Assembly: GCF_006345805.1 (NCBI RefSeq)
Contig: NC_043001.1
Location: 12,276,001 to 12,340,000, forward strand
Length of the DNA stretch: 64,000 bases
Direction of reading: 5' to 3'
From: Octopus sinensis
Lineage: Eukaryota
Part shown: positions 14,590-29,237 of the stretch, piece after piece
Layout of the letters: each line of letters begins with the position of its first letter
Numbering within the stretch: position 1 is the stretch's first letter
Notes under the pieces: model-generated
Databases searched by the model: none
What the model saw: only the letters and a program-made list of their open reading frames with translations
What the model was told of the DNA's origin: nothing
Program-made: the position numbers and the translations under genes

Positions 14590-15050
14590 CTTCTTGGAGA
14601 AGGATGCGTGGCGTTCGATCCTATAAATATATAAATAATATATAAATATAGGCATATATACATGCATATATGTACATACCTACATATATATGTATATATA
14701 CATATGTGAATATGGGTACAGGACGTTAAAAAAACTTTGAACATAATGAGAAACGAAAGCATAGAAATAAGGACATAAAAACAAATTTTTTCTCGAACAA
14801 CTAAAAATAAATCAAACAAACAGAGAAAGGAGACATACAATATAAAGAATATTCCCCCTCTTCAGTTGTCCCTGCTTCATCTACTCCACGTTACGAAGAC
14901 GCGACTTCGTTGAAACAGTCTTCCCCGCAAAGCTAATTAAATTAAATTTGGAATTTTTTGCGGAGGGTGAAATCGGTAACAAGAACAGGACAATGAGAAC
15001 AAAACAGTAAAAATAAGCAGTGAGGGTTGTTAATAAGACGATAGAAAAAA
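14590..15050 (-). repeat. Dispersed repeat, probably PLE-derived; inverted homolog of about 21300-21760 and partial 20820-21050
   Basis: Reverse-complement match, e.g. aaattttttgcggagggtgaaatcggtaac versus gttaccaatttcactctccgcaaaaaat, and gggtacaggac versus gtcctgtaccc. Confidence 0.6.
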
Positions 15051-15545
15051 TATTCCGATCGCTTCAAATGTATATATGCGTGTGTATGTGTTTGTGTGTG
15101 TGTGTGTGTGTGTGTATGTGTGTGTGTGTGTGTGTAGTAAGGAATATAGTTCCAAACTTGCAGGGGAAAATTCAATTTAGCAATTCCAAATCAAATCTCC
15201 CAATATATAATGTATGTATATAATTAAGAGTATTAACCTATCTTAAGCAATTCAATAGTAGTGAAAGACATTTTTCCATATTAAAGAGAAAAGATTTCAA
15301 TATACTATAATAAATATTTATTATTCAAACAATTAACAAATTAAATAAACATTAAAAGGCGCATAGTCAAATTTATGTTTATTCAATTTATTGATTTTTT
15401 GAATAATATTTGTTATAGTATATTTAAATTCTTTCTATATGATATAGATAATGACTTTCCTATTGAATTGCTTAATAGAGCTTATTTCCCTTAATTATAT
15501 ACATACATATATATTATATATATATATATATATACATACATTTAC

Positions 15546-15586
<41 letters not shown>

Positions 15587-15607
15587 CACCCACATAAATT
15601 TATATTA

Positions 15608-15674
<67 letters not shown>

Positions 15675-15772
15675 GTGAGTGCATGCCTGCCTGGCACTAG
15701 TCGCGATGATAAATCGTTAGCCACTACATATTTTTTTCTCTCCTGTTTCCCTCCTTGTTTTTTCTGTGTCCA

Positions 15773-15805
15773 TTTCTGTAGAGAACGTAGGTTCGAAACG
15801 TAAAA
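15773..15805 (+). ncRNA. Minimal type I HHR-like motif (A6 to U variant)
   Basis: UUU CUGUAGA GAAC-GUAG-GUUC GAA ACGU A AAA; followed by a pyrimidine-rich tail and (TA)n at about 15898. Confidence 0.55.
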
Positions 15806-15893
15806 CACCTTTTCTATTCCTGAGCGTTATATTATTACCTCTGTTTGTTTTGCAGACCACCTATCTTCGTCTTTTATTTTATTTGTAAACTCT

Positions 15894-15935
<42 letters not shown>

Positions 15936-17212
15936 GATGTAGATATCTATATATCTATGTACCAAATACAATTGAAACCGTGTATCTGACAGAAGAAATG
16001 GCTAGAAAAATATGAAATATGAAGGTAAACACACTTTCTATATGCTTTTGATGTACTGGAAAAAAGAGGGGGGGGGCAACGTCCTTAACGACTGTTCCAC
16101 CACTTCTTGACAGCATCCAGAGCTTTTCCATCGTGCAATATCATATATTATTCATCGACTTTGTAAATTAGTCATAATTTAGAGTAGAATCTCAGTTGGG
16201 CAGCTGAATTTGCACTTGTTAAGCAATCGCTCGTAGAAGAATAATCATGTGTAATAGAAACGAAAGAATTTGAAGTATTGCTTGGTACACAATTGTTTCT
16301 CGAGATGACTTAACATAAAAGCTGGTAACATATATCTGCTTTAATCAATTACTGTTTGTGTTGCGTAGAAGGGGTTTTTATTCAGCAAAGCGTGTAATTT
16401 CCTCACTGGTGATTATTTATCATTATTTTCTTATATCTGAAACGAGCAAAACGCCCTCAGTCCAATGGACGGTGCTGAGTTGGCAAAGATTTAAACCAAA
16501 TTTTCTCAAAACAACTTGTTCGACCGACCCATAGACCTCCTCTTTCAGAAACACTGATTTAACCTAAATTTGAGACACCAGCAAAAGAAATAAAGATAGA
16601 CCTTTTTCTATTAAAAACAAAAATGATTTCATTCACACAACGCCTAGTATCGATCGCAACAGCTGATGTACTTGCGCGTACAAGTGCCCGTTCCCACGGC
16701 TTTATCTATCGCATTCTCACCTGGAATCGATTTTTGTAATTTTTTCAAGACTTATAAAAGCCCTGATAACATCGGTATCTACATATCAAATTTGAGCGCA
16801 ATCGGATGGAGGATGCCCGAGATCCTAGAAGACAGAACGGATTTCTTTTCAGTATGCGGTCACTTGTGGGTACAAGAGAAATGCAAAGAATAACAATACA
16901 GAGATGTGCATCTACCATACACATGTCTGGCCGCTGGACGATTTTTGTCAACTAAATAATTCTTGCTTTTAAACAGAGCAAGTTAATATGAGAAGCTACA
17001 GAAAACCCAACTAATTTGGTTTTTCACAATGTTTTCGCATTAAGAATGATACATATGTGGTTCATGGCTTTATATTAATCCGAATTTTATTCATTCCAAT
17101 ATATTTTACAATACATTTAACATAAAGGTTATCGTTTGATCTCGTACACATATTCAAAATTACGAGTTTTGTAGAGTTCTATATTTAAGAGATGAGGAAT
17201 TATGTACATAAA

Positions 17213-17555
17213 TTACATTTTTTACATTTGGCGGATATTTGTCCTTATCTTGTTTATTGTTAACACAACATATTCCCATGGTGTAGTAGTTAAGAGCGCG
17301 GGCTATTAACCCCAAGATCCCGAGTTCGATTCCCGCCAGTGACCTGAATAATAATAAGAAGTAGAAGAAGGAGAAGAAGAAGCAGAAGGATAACAACAAC
17401 AACAACATCGGAAAATACTTTAGGAATGAGAACCCAGGTTCGAAATTTCCCCAAAATACCTAATGAAGGCTTGAGGGTATATCAGCGGAAACGCTGTGTG
17501 AACAACAAGCAAGATGAGGACAAATATCCGTCAAATGTAAATAATGTAAATAATT
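17213..17555 (+). mobile_element. SINE family 4: tRNA-like head, (AAT/AGA/AAC) spacer and PLE-like tail with HHR remnant, preceded by an inverted copy of its own tail
   Basis: Head 17274-17345 (ggtgtagtagttaagagcgcgggctattaaccc...gagttcgattccc). HHR remnant 17456-17499 (cUAAUGA A GGCU..CAGC GGAAACGC). 17213-17270 is the reverse complement of the tail at about 17493-17555. Confidence 0.7.
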
Positions 17556-18560
17556 GCAAGTTTTATTATGTATTTATCAAATATATAACTAGGCATATAC
17601 TGTTCGTATGCCTTATTTTCATGTGAGCTTTAGTATTCAAATACTGGGGCCTAACCCGTAAAGCGAGTCAGATTATCCTAATCCTCCTCAAAAAGATGCC
17701 AACCCTTTGCAGATGTAGCTTCTTCACTGTTACCGGAACTGATATACTGGCTGAGGAGAGAGGACGCAACGCATCAGCCTATCCGAGAATCGTAAACACG
17801 GCCTCTTGATGGTGAATGCTGGTCAATAACCTCTAGGTCAAACTCCTTAATTATTCTTTTATTACCTAGCACTTTATCTGTGAGAGTGAATTCTTTGGTG
17901 CATTGTTCAACAGAATGGTCTACTAACAAATCTCAGGGTACAATAATTTAAGTAATATTTAATTCTGAATAGTTTCCTATTTATTGTCTCACAGGTATAT
18001 GTGTCGTGATTTATTCATTGAATTTCTATATTTTAAATCTATTCAGCAACATATATTGACATAGTAACATGTCATATTATATGTGTTTTACGGAAACAGT
18101 ATTTCTAACGTTACTTCTTTAAGAATTTAGACTAACGTAATGATATCACATTAGAACACACTTTTATTTAACTTTCAATCATTAATTTTGCATTTTTCAA
18201 TGGAGTAAATGGGTTTGAAAATTTGCTATTATACCATGAATCCTTTAAATAATTAGAAAAGCAGGAAGTCAATTAACAAATGCTATAGAATAAAATACAG
18301 ATATGTGAATATTCTTGATGTAATTTTTCTTTTGGGCAAACTTTTAATTTATTTTACGCTGAGTCGCAAAATAAAAGCTGATTAACCTATTTCGTTCACA
18401 GAATAATATCTTTAGAATTAAATTCTCATAAAAAAACATAAAACAAAAAGGATACTTAACTAACAGTAATTAACACCCAAGCAACGTACATGCACTCACA
18501 CTTACACATATGCAAACATATGCTACGATACGTACGCATAATTCTATGTATGTCTGTAGT

Positions 18561-18600
<40 letters not shown>

Positions 18601-18604
<4 letters not shown>

Positions 18605-19050
18605 GTGAAATAGAAAGATGAATAATCTTGTAGTAGATTAATCAAAAGTTTAACCGATACCTTAGTAGCAAAAATCACAGCAGTAAACAGCACGGTTGGA
18701 GGTACAACCATCTGGCGTTGCAACAGTGCGTTGGTGCGGATAATTGAAATTAAAACATTATTGGTGAATTGAAGAAATGGAGTTGAACGAAGATTGAACA
18801 GAAATCGTTTTATTTCATTCTACACGTGTTTCGAAAGGCACAAATTACCAAAATCCGATTGAATAATGGGACCATATTGTGCCTTTCTCTTCAGGAAGAA
18901 AAAAGGAAATCCGTTGGAAAAACAAAAACAGAACAGAGGCGGAGCAAATTTGTTTTTTGCTCCGCCTCTGTTCTGCCTTTCGAAACACGTGTAGAATGAA
19001 ATAAAACGATTTCTGTTCAATCTGCGTTCAGCTCCATTTCTTCAATTCAC

Positions 19051-19056
<6 letters not shown>
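18601..19056 (-). mobile_element. HHR-bearing fold-back element, copy A (internally deleted)
   Basis: Colinear with 39308-39926. The left arm is intact; the centre and about 90 bp of the right arm are deleted. Flanked by (TA)n on both sides. Confidence 0.85.
18808..18904 (-). ncRNA. Type I hammerhead ribozyme with canonical core
   Basis: Minus strand: UUUUUUCUUC CUGAAGA GAAAGGCACAA (33-nt loop) UUGUGCCUUUC GAA ACACGUGU A GAAUGAAAUAAAA. The 11-bp stem II is perfect and stem III is palindromic; predicted cleavage after GUA at 18821. Confidence 0.8.
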
Positions 19057-19105
<49 letters not shown>

Positions 19106-19110
19106 TATAT

Positions 19111-19207
<97 letters not shown>

Positions 19208-19210
19208 TAC

Positions 19211-19311
<101 letters not shown>

Positions 19312-19428
19312 TTCTAAAATCAAGATAAAATTTTATTAAAAAAATTTTATCAGTTGCCACCATATGAAAAATACATTTTAATGTAAAGTTATGCAATTAT
19401 AAATATGGGTAAAAAGAAAAAAAAATTA

Positions 19429-19570
19429 TTATTTGCTAATATGCTGAAAAGTAGACGCCATATCGTCTGACCACATAAAATATTTTCACTTGTATTATTA
19501 CACCACTTGAAAATAGTTTATGTGGTGGTTAGACGATTTAGTGTCTATTTTTCAGTACATTAGCAAATAA
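19429..19570. repeat. Imperfect palindrome (arms about 65 bp)
   Basis: ttatttgctaatatgctgaaaagtagacg... versus ...gtgtctatttttcagtacattagcaaataa. Confidence 0.75.
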
Positions 19571-19614
19571 GTGGGGTTTTTTTTTATTGCACTTCTCTAT
19601 AATTACGTATATAT

Positions 19615-19879
19615 ACATTTACTCTTTTAAGTTTTTCAGTCATTTGACTGTGGCCATGCTGGAGCACCGCCCTTAGTCGAGCGAATCAACACCAGGACTT
19701 ATTATTTGTAAGCCTAGTACTTATTCTATCGGTCCTTATAACCGAATCGCTATGTTACGGAGTCGTGAACACATCACCATCGATTGTTAAGCGATGTTGG
19801 TGAGACAAAGCGACACACAAAATACGCACACATACATACATACACACACACACACACATACACACACACACGCACACAC

Positions 19880-19948
<69 letters not shown>

Positions 19949-20128
19949 TATATATACAAATATGCAACGGGCTTCTTTCAGTTTCCGTCTACCAAATCCA
20001 CTCAGAAGTCTTTGGTCGGCCCGAGGCTATAATAGAAGACACTTGCCCAAGGTACCATGTATTGGGACTGAACCCGGAACCATGTGGTTGGTAAGGAAGC
20101 TTCTTACCACACAGCCACTCCGGCGCCT
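19615..20128 (-). mobile_element. SINE family 1, full copy with expanded internal (CA)n
   Basis: Reverse complement of the 62669-63080 element; head ends ccacacagccactccggcgcct. Confidence 0.9.
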
Positions 20129-20642
20129 AGTCCCCTCTTACTTTTCTATCTAATGTTTACATCAGGTTAACGTATGGATATGTATTCCTCATCCATCTTA
20201 TCTAGAAAGTTTCTTACCACCAACTTGAATTTCTGTGAAAAAATATGAAAGCATTACCCTTATGCATGATGCAGCCCTAAAGATATCTGGACACTTTGTT
20301 GTTATTTTTTACTTCTTAAACTCTTAACGTGGTTCGAATATTCCGAAGCACTGTTTACATAAGTGACCAGATTGAAACGTGGTTATGACCCCATTTTCAA
20401 GGACGTCACGAATGTTGCCGATGTGCGTGTGTGTGAGCATGTGTGGAGTGGATAAAACCCTGAAATATTGAATACAAGTGATCCGGGGCAGCGGAAACTC
20501 GAGATTGAGACATGACCGACCTCATTCAGCTCTCTTGAGGAATTCCGGTAGGGGCATCGTGAGACCACTGCTGAAACGCTTCCAAAAAATGTTTAAAAAA
20601 TAGGCGTTAGAAAATCGATTATAGCAGCGACTCCATCTAAGA

Positions 20643-20679
20643 ATATCTGAAGAAGGAATATTGTTCCGAAACATCATAT
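20643..20679 (+). ncRNA. Minimal type I HHR motif in a PLE-like 3' end
   Basis: AUAU CUGAAGA A GGAA-UAUUG-UUCC GAA ACAU C AUAU: canonical core, stems I and II pair; stem III ACAU is one change from the palindrome ACGU. Confidence 0.65.
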
Positions 20680-21996
20680 CGGACTATGGATGACTAAATT
20701 ACAACAGGTACATAGCCCATTGTCTATATTATAGTGCATTGCTATACCAATCAAAACTTTTTATTCTTTACAAACAACACACAATGCTTCAAGTGAACTA
20801 CAATACTCTCCAATGCTGCATCTCTCATTTCTCTGTTTTTTCGTTGTTCCCCAAAAAGTTCTTTTCTATGTTTTTGTTTTTATGTTTTCGTTTCTCATTG
20901 TGTTCAACGTTTTTATGATGTCCTGTACCCATATATGCATGTATATATACATATATATGTATCTATGTACATATATGTATGTATATATGCATATATTTAT
21001 ATATTATTTATATTATTATATGATCGAACGCCACGCATCCTTTTCTAAGTAAGTTTTGTCTTAATAATTACGATGCGCACTCTTCTATCTCTTCTATCTC
21101 TTCTCTGTCTATCTCTCTCCCTCTCTTGTCCTTCATCCTTTCTGGTTTTCTGTCCCGCTCTTCCATATTCTTCTCCTATCCTCTTCACCGTTCCCTCTCT
21201 CTCTCACTCCTCCTCGACTCTCTCGTCGCTGACACGTGATGTTTCTGCCCACTACATTCCTAAAGACAAAACGTGCTGATACTGCCTCCTCTCATAAGCT
21301 CGTCTTCCTAGCATTCATAATAATGTTTCTATCGTCTTGGCTTAACAGGCCTCAGTGTTTGTTTTTACTGTCTTATTCTCACTGTTCTGTTCCTGTTACC
21401 AATTTCACTCTCCGCAAAAAATCCAAAATGTTATTTAATTTGCTTTGCGGGAAGGACAGTTTCAACGAAATCGCGTATTATCGTTGCCTTCGTAACATGG
21501 AGTAGGTGAAACAGGGACAACTAAACAAGGGGAATTTCTTTATGCTGCAAGTCTCGTTTCTCTGTTATTTTCGTTATTCCAAAAAAATGTCTGTTTCTAA
21601 GTTTGTGTTTTTATGTTTTAGTTTCTCATTGTGTTCAACTTTTTTTTGATGTCCTGTACCCATATATTCATGTATATATACATATACATGTAGGTGTGTA
21701 CAAATATGTATGTATATATGCATATGTTTATATATAATTTATATCATTATATATTATATATACAGATATATATATATATTCTTGTGTGTGTGTGTGTGTA
21801 TGTGTGTCTGAATGTACATGGCTTAGTGGTTAGAACATCCTGCTCGCAAACATCAGCTGGTAAGTTCGGTTTGAGCAAGACACTTTATTTCAAGCGGGTG
21901 CAGAAATGGTATGCGACGTCAAGATGCTACGCAGTGGGAATGAACCCGGAACCATGTGGTTGGTAAGCTAGCTATTTACAACACAGCCACTCCCAT

Positions 21997-22045
<49 letters not shown>

Positions 22046-22284
22046 CTAGCTTACCACACAGCCACTCCCATTATATATTACGTGACTTTACGAGTATATC
22101 ATGTGTGTGTCTATGTATGAGTATATGCAAGTATACATGTGTGTGTGTGTGTGTGTATGTATGTGTGCATGTGCATGTGTGCCTAGTTCTATGCATAACC
22201 TTTCCATTCTTAAAATTTATTTGCGCCAAAATAAATGTATCTCATCGCTTATTGTAACTATTGTTTGTTTTTCTTATCCAAATA

Positions 22285-22566
22285 TGCCTGGCTCATAAGG
22301 ACTGGTTTCCCGGTTTCATTGGCGTATTGGTTCCCCACCTATACGGGACGCCGGTTCGTCGCAGGCGAGCTGCTAGTTGCAGGAAGAAAGAATGAGGGGA
22401 AGTTGTGACAAAAGAGTCAGCAGAAGTTCGCCATTATGTCCTGCCGCAGCCGCGTGGAGCTTAGGTGTTTCGCTCATAAACACACTCATCCTCCGGTCTG
22501 AGATTCGAACCCGCGATCCCTCGACCGCGAGTCCGCTGTTCTAACCACTTGGCCATGTGCCTCCAT
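22285..22566 (-). mobile_element. SINE family 3 (subfamily b)
   Basis: Reverse complement of 50220-50522. Confidence 0.85.
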
Positions 22567-22988
22567 AATAACTATCACACACAGCTACGGAAAATGCATT
22601 CGTTTTCCTTATACTTATGCAGATGTATGTATACGCAAGTAATTATTTATATATATTTAAACGTGAATGCATGTGGATCTAACATGTGGATCTAACACTA
22701 TGTTTGCATATGTATGTGTTTATGCAGGTGCGTTTGTGTATACACACGCTGGTAAATGAGTGATTCTGAGTGTGTCGGTATGTATGCCTATATATGTGTG
22801 TGTGTGTGTGTGCGTGTACTTGTTTGTGTGTGTGTATGTGTCTACATCTGTGTATATATGCTTATATGCATACAAACATATATATGTATGTGTGTATATG
22901 TGTATGTGTATGTATACAAGCATGAGTGCGGGTGAATGTATGCATATTAACCTGCGTGTATGTGCAGTTTATATATATATATACATAC

Positions 22989-23033
<45 letters not shown>

Positions 23034-23046
23034 ATATATGTATATA

Positions 23047-23091
<45 letters not shown>

Positions 23092-23149
23092 CATATATAT
23101 ATATAATGTATGTATTATATATATATATATACATATATATGTATGTATG

Positions 23150-23194
<45 letters not shown>

Positions 23195-23727
23195 CATATA
23201 TATATATATAATGTGTATGTGTGTGTATGTATGTATGTATGTGTGTGCAATAGAAATCATATCCCACTAATTCTATTTACCTACTCTATCTTAACCCCAG
23301 TCAAACTGCAAACCCCTCGCCCAAACATATAAAGATACAATCATAAAAAGAATCATTCAGTTTGCTGTAATGAATCCATAAACACATATAATACATCCAT
23401 TTATTTTCCTCTGAAGGTATTATGCTCAGGCATTATAAATTTAATATTCAATTAATATTTATTGATTTTAATTGAAACAGCTGTAAGGGGCGATGATTAA
23501 TTTGCTGTTAATAATAAAGAACGAACTCCCCAGTCTACATTTTCTCTATCTACTTTGTGCTTTTATATGTATATAAACTATATGACTTTGAAAATGTACC
23601 TATTATTTTAAAGAAATTAATTCCCCAGTAGTTCTAGGTATTGGGCCAGAATTTCCTTGGATGAAACCATCCATTCATGAGGCTAAAACGAACAACTTCT
23701 AATAGAATTATATATATATATATATAT

Positions 23728-23758
<31 letters not shown>

Positions 23759-23930
23759 CTCGCATGTATATATATAAACATATATATATATATACATATA
23801 TATATATATGTATGTATATGTATGTGTGTGTGGTGTGTGTGTCTGTGTCTGTGTGCGTGTGTGTATGCATGAGAATGTATGAGATTATGTATGTTTGTAT
23901 GTGTGTATGAGGGGTATGTTTGTTTGTATG

Positions 23931-23971
<41 letters not shown>

Positions 23972-24878
23972 AGGTATGTATGTGTATATATATATAAAGA
24001 GAGAGAGAGAAGGGGAGAGGAAGAGAGCGGGAGAGAGAAAAAGGGAGAGGGAGAGATTTTATATATGCCTTGCCATCATGTGTTGGAACAAATATCGGTA
24101 TATTTTTAGATGGTCATTTATGTTCTTCCCATATATACGTCGTTCATTCATTCTCGTTTATAATATTTCTTATTTTATTTTCTATAGTCTGGAAATATTT
24201 TGTCACGCATCTGTGACTCCTTCGGGGAGTTTTCCATCCCTGTGTCTCCTCCTGTTCTGTTTAGTCAATCACCACTCTCTCTCCCTTTCTCTCACTGCGT
24301 TTGTGTGCGTGTACGAGTGTCTATGTGTTTATATCAAAACAAAACGAACCGCTCAAACCGGGAATCGAACCTATTAACTTAGGATCGTGAGTGCAACGCA
24401 GTAATCTTTAGACCAGACGCCTTTACTGTTCCTTTGCTACTCATTACACATATGTTTATGTACATAGGTGTATCCGTGTGTGTTCGTATTTAGTATTATG
24501 CCCCTTTATAAGGGCAGCGTGCTGGCAGAACCGTTAGGTCGGCGGGTAAAATTCTTAGCTGCATCTCCGTAAAAGTTCCACCGAGGTTGAATTGGCCACT
24601 CATTTTTGTGGTCTGGTTAACTTAAATCCCAGTCAAGTAGTGTCATCGATATAATCGAACATCCGCACCCCCAAAATGTCATGCCCGATGCCTTTAGTAG
24701 AAAGGAATATAACATTTTATGTAAAATATTTAGGAATAAGATTCTTCCGATTTCTTAGAGAGAATTGCTAATTTACATAAAAGAGAGATAGATCTCTTTG
24801 AATGCGTAAATCATCTGCCAACAATACAATATTTATTGCAAATTTGCGTATTATTATGTAGGTGGTGTTCCTATGAGG

Positions 24879-25297
24879 AGGGCGGCGACCTGGCAGAAAT
24901 GATAACACGCCGGGGGAAATGCGTAGCGGTATTTCGTATGCCGTTACGTTCTGAGTCCAAATTCCGCCGAGGTCGTCTTTGCCTTTCATCCTTTCGGGGT
25001 CAATAAATTAAGTACCAGTTACGCACTTGGGTCGATATAATCGCCTTAATCCGTTTGTCTGTTCTTGTTTGTCCCCTCTGTGTTTAGCCCCTTGTGGGCA
25101 GTAAAGAAATAGGTATATTGTCTGCCGTTACGTTCTGAGTCCAAATTCCGCCGAGGTCGACTTTGCCTTTCATCCTTTCGAGGTCGATAAATTAAGTACC
25201 AGTTACGCACTGGGGTCTATATAATCGACTTAATCCGTTTGTCTGTCCTTGTACGTTCCCTCTGAGTTTAGCTCCTTGTGGGTACTAAAGAAATAGG
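24879..25297 (+). mobile_element. SINE family 2 (AAGGCGGCGAGCTGGCAG head), dimeric
   Basis: Head followed by two units of about 185 bp (gtatt..gttacgttctgagtccaaattccgccgagg...aaagaaatag). An older degenerate copy lies at about 24510-24706. Confidence 0.9.
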
Positions 25298-26615
25298 TGT
25301 TCGTATCAGGTTTAATGATATATTTAAGAGTATAGGAAAATGGAGACCCGTGTAAGAACGTGAGATTGCACATCTTATACAAAGGAAGCTCATTGTTTAT
25401 CTATGCCACTGATTCTGCCTCCAAAATATGTTAAGGATGCTCATGTACGTGGATCACTCACGATAGTTCTAAAACAAGAATTAAAACTGAAACCCAGCCG
25501 TCGACTATCAGGCAGATCCATCCATGCATATGCAGAAACACAAACGCATATTCGTCTTATATTTACGATTTCGTTTATATAGAGTAATACTAATAACCTA
25601 GCTAGAGCACAATAAACAGTAAACTTTATAATAAAACATCAGGTTAGCAGAAGCCATAGCATTTATTAATGAATGGCAAAAGAACAGAACTTACGTAATC
25701 ACTTTCATTAGCGTACAACTATTCCTACTACAATAAAAAAAGCATTACTCTCAGATCTGAATACTAATGCGACATCTAATAGCTAGCTTGAAGCCAGGCT
25801 CTGACGTAACGCTTTTTATAAGAGAAAAAATGTTGTAAGATTATGAACGATATTGCGTAACATATGTTACTTTGTCCATTAATTTTTATTGTTACTTTGC
25901 ATTTAGATTTCTTTTACAACTATAGATATATCAGTAGATCTTACATATATTCTTTGATATTCTCTCGCTTTACAAAATTCCATATTCCAAGAATCTTGCA
26001 AAGATAATGCGTTTATTTTTCTTTTTCTAAGTGTATATACTATTTTCTTTTCAGCACCCTCAGATGTAGGAATCTTAACACAGCTTACATAATGTTAAGA
26101 AATTAACATACCATTCTTTTCAGAAGAAACATTAAGATCGTTTGTCTTACCCCAGGGAAGAATCGATCAACACATTACAAGTAAACCAAGATTACTAGGA
26201 ATATTTTAAGTATATTTAGCCTTGATTCAAACAATTAGGGCTTCATTTCGCCGAATAATATTCTAATTTCCAGACACATTTCTCAGATCGCTGCTGGAGA
26301 TTAATATTGATCATATGTATATTATTTAATCTGGTGGTATCATCATCATATCAGTTATTTACGAAACGAAACACTAAATGAGTAATTTTTCTTCTTCAAA
26401 GTGAAATATATTTCCCATGAAGGCATTAAATGTGGGTATAGCTATTGCTTATAAAAGATACGCACATGCAGTTACAGCTACAAGGACATTTCTCCCTCTT
26501 GCATAGAGGCGGGAGGCAAACCTCCGTGAAATTTCATCTTTGATACTTAAAAGGAATTGCAAATCAATGCATCCTTGGAAAAAATTAATCTCTGTTGTGT
26601 GTGTGTGTGTGTGCG

Positions 26616-26705
<90 letters not shown>

Positions 26706-27064
26706 TGTGTGTGTGTGTTTTTGTTGCACGTTGACACAGAAAAGATAACCGCAGTTTGATTAAGCGTTGTTTGATCGGGCTGAATTAAAAACCATGTGGC
26801 TAATGTTGCTATATGCTAAAGATAACAGCCCTGTCGTTTATGTGTTGTCCTTCAGGTTGGTGTTTAAGGGTCAAATATTTACGTTCGCGTCAATTTGGTT
26901 TACTAATGTGCTTCTGGTCCTGATGTGAGCCCGTATGTCCCTATACAAATAGAATGTAGCATGTCACCAAAACAGAAGTTAAACACATGTTCATGTGTGT
27001 ATTGTAAGAATGTCAGCTATAGTGATTTGTCCGTATCTACATATGTACGTTTGTATATACATAA

Positions 27065-27114
<50 letters not shown>

Positions 27115-27301
27115 AACTCCATTGTCTCCCGAGACAAAAAGGATGCCAACAACAATACATATATGTATATATGTATGTATGTATATATGTATATATTAAT
27201 CAATGACGGTAGAAATTGATATTAATCAATTAAAACCAGTGGCTTAGCATATTTAAAAAATCCGCAGATTAATTTTGTATATGTATATATATATATTTAT
27301 G

Positions 27302-27370
<69 letters not shown>

Positions 27371-27371
27371 C

Positions 27372-27424
<53 letters not shown>

Positions 27425-27451
27425 TTTATTTTAAGCAGCAGAAAATTCAAC

Positions 27452-27498
27452 AAAATCTGTTACTCTGAGTTTCTCGTTGCCGTTCATCAGACAGTTTT
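27452..27498 (-). ncRNA. Type I HHR motif, mirror copy in the left arm
   Basis: Reverse complement of 29191-29237 with one extra A. Confidence 0.6.
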
Positions 27499-29190
27499 TG
27501 CTAGAATGGAACATATATATTAATTCAATCTATACTCTTACAAACGCTACACCTTTAAAAAGAAATGGACTTGTTTGATTGGCCCTTTAGAAAAAACGGT
27601 CAATCTTCGAGCGATAAACAAAAAGGTCAAAAATATATGTATATATATATAAAAAACTTATAAAAATTATATAAATTATAAAATCCGAGGAAAAAACCGA
27701 GGAAAAACCTATTGCCGTTAATGAAGACAGTACAAATTAATGCATAGAAATTAAACCTGTTATAAATACTGCAATACATATTTATATTAAAATCCACATA
27801 TATATATCAACATACACAAAAGGATGCGCGTAAACGCCATACATACATATACAGACGTATGAATATGAATCTAAATTATACACATAAAAGCATGTGTACA
27901 TATATTCACGCAAACGTCTCGCACGCAAGCTAAAATTCATCTATGTAGCAATTCTCATATACTGAGCAAGGAGGGGGAACGAAAGAAAGGGAAAGAGAGA
28001 AAAAGGAACGAAAGAGGGGTGGGGGAAACTTGTAGCGATGTTATTGGCATCTATAGAGGCCAGTATACATACACAAGTTTGAATTGATACATATACATAC
28101 CGTCGTGTGTATGCGTGCTTAAGCACAAGCATACTTTCACTTACACATACACAGATACGCATGCTTACAAATACATATGCTTTGCTATACACAAACTTAT
28201 ATAAACATTCTAATTTGACAACATTGCTTTTTTTAAAAAAACATTGCTTTTAAAAATGGGTGCATTAATAAAAATATATACGAAAGACATATAAAATAAA
28301 ATATAACATCCTATTTTGGGTCATTTATAAATAATCAAGGTAATATAAATAATCAAGGTAATCCTATGCAATACAATAACATGAAAACAAAGTTTGTAGG
28401 TTTTTCCTAATATATATGCACCCATTTTTTAAAAGCAATGTTTTTTTTAAAAAAAGCAATGTTGTCAAATTTAGAATGTTTATATAAGTTTGTGTATAGC
28501 AAAGCATATGTATTTGTAAGCATGCGTATCTGTGTATGTGTAAGTGAAAGTATGCTTGTGCTTAAGCACGCATACACACGACGGTATGTATATGTATCAA
28601 TTCAAACTTGTGTATGTATACTGGCCTCTATAGATGCCAATAACATCGCTACAAGTTCCCCCCCCCCACCCCTCTTTCGTTCCTTTTTCTCTCTTTCCCT
28701 TCTTTCGTTCCCCCTCCTTGCTCAGTATATGAGAATTGCTACATAGATGAATTTTAGCTTGCGTGCGAGACGGTTTGCGTGAATATATGTACACATGCTT
28801 TTATGTGTATAATTTAGATTCATATCCATACGTCTGTATATGTATGTATGGCGTTTACGCGCATCCTTTTGTGTATGTTGATATATATATGTGGATTTTA
28901 ATATAAATATGTATTGCAGTATTTTAACAGGTTTAATTTCTATGCATTAATTTGTACTGTCTTCATTAACGGCAATAGGTTTTTTCCTCGGTTTTTTCCT
29001 CGGATTTTATAATTTATATAATTTTTATAAGTTTTTTTATATATATATACATATATATTTTTGACCTTTTTGTTTATCGCTCAAAGATTGACCGTTTTTT
29101 CTAAAGGGCAATCAAACAAGTCCATTTCTTTTTAAAGGTGTAGCGTTTGTAAGAGTATAGATTGAATTAATATATATGTTCCATTCTAGC

Positions 29191-29237
29191 AAAACTGTCT
29201 GATGAACGGCAACGAGAAACTCAGAGTAACAGATTTT
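29191..29237 (+). ncRNA. Type I HHR motif in a PLE-like pLTR
   Basis: AAAACUGU CUGAUGA ACG-GCAA-CGA GAA ACUCAGAGU A ACAG A UUUU: canonical core, GNRA-capped stem II with an A.A first pair, stem III ACU/AGU; predicted cleavage after GUA at 29228. Confidence 0.65.

Noticed and set aside
16470-16930. Segment resembling a non-autonomous DNA transposon interior
   Set aside because: No termini, target-site duplication or second copy could be found in the window.
17274-17345. tRNA-like sequence (also at about 24345-24420 minus and at all SINE heads)
   Set aside because: The acceptor stem is not closed and the sequence continues into SINE bodies; these are not tRNA genes.
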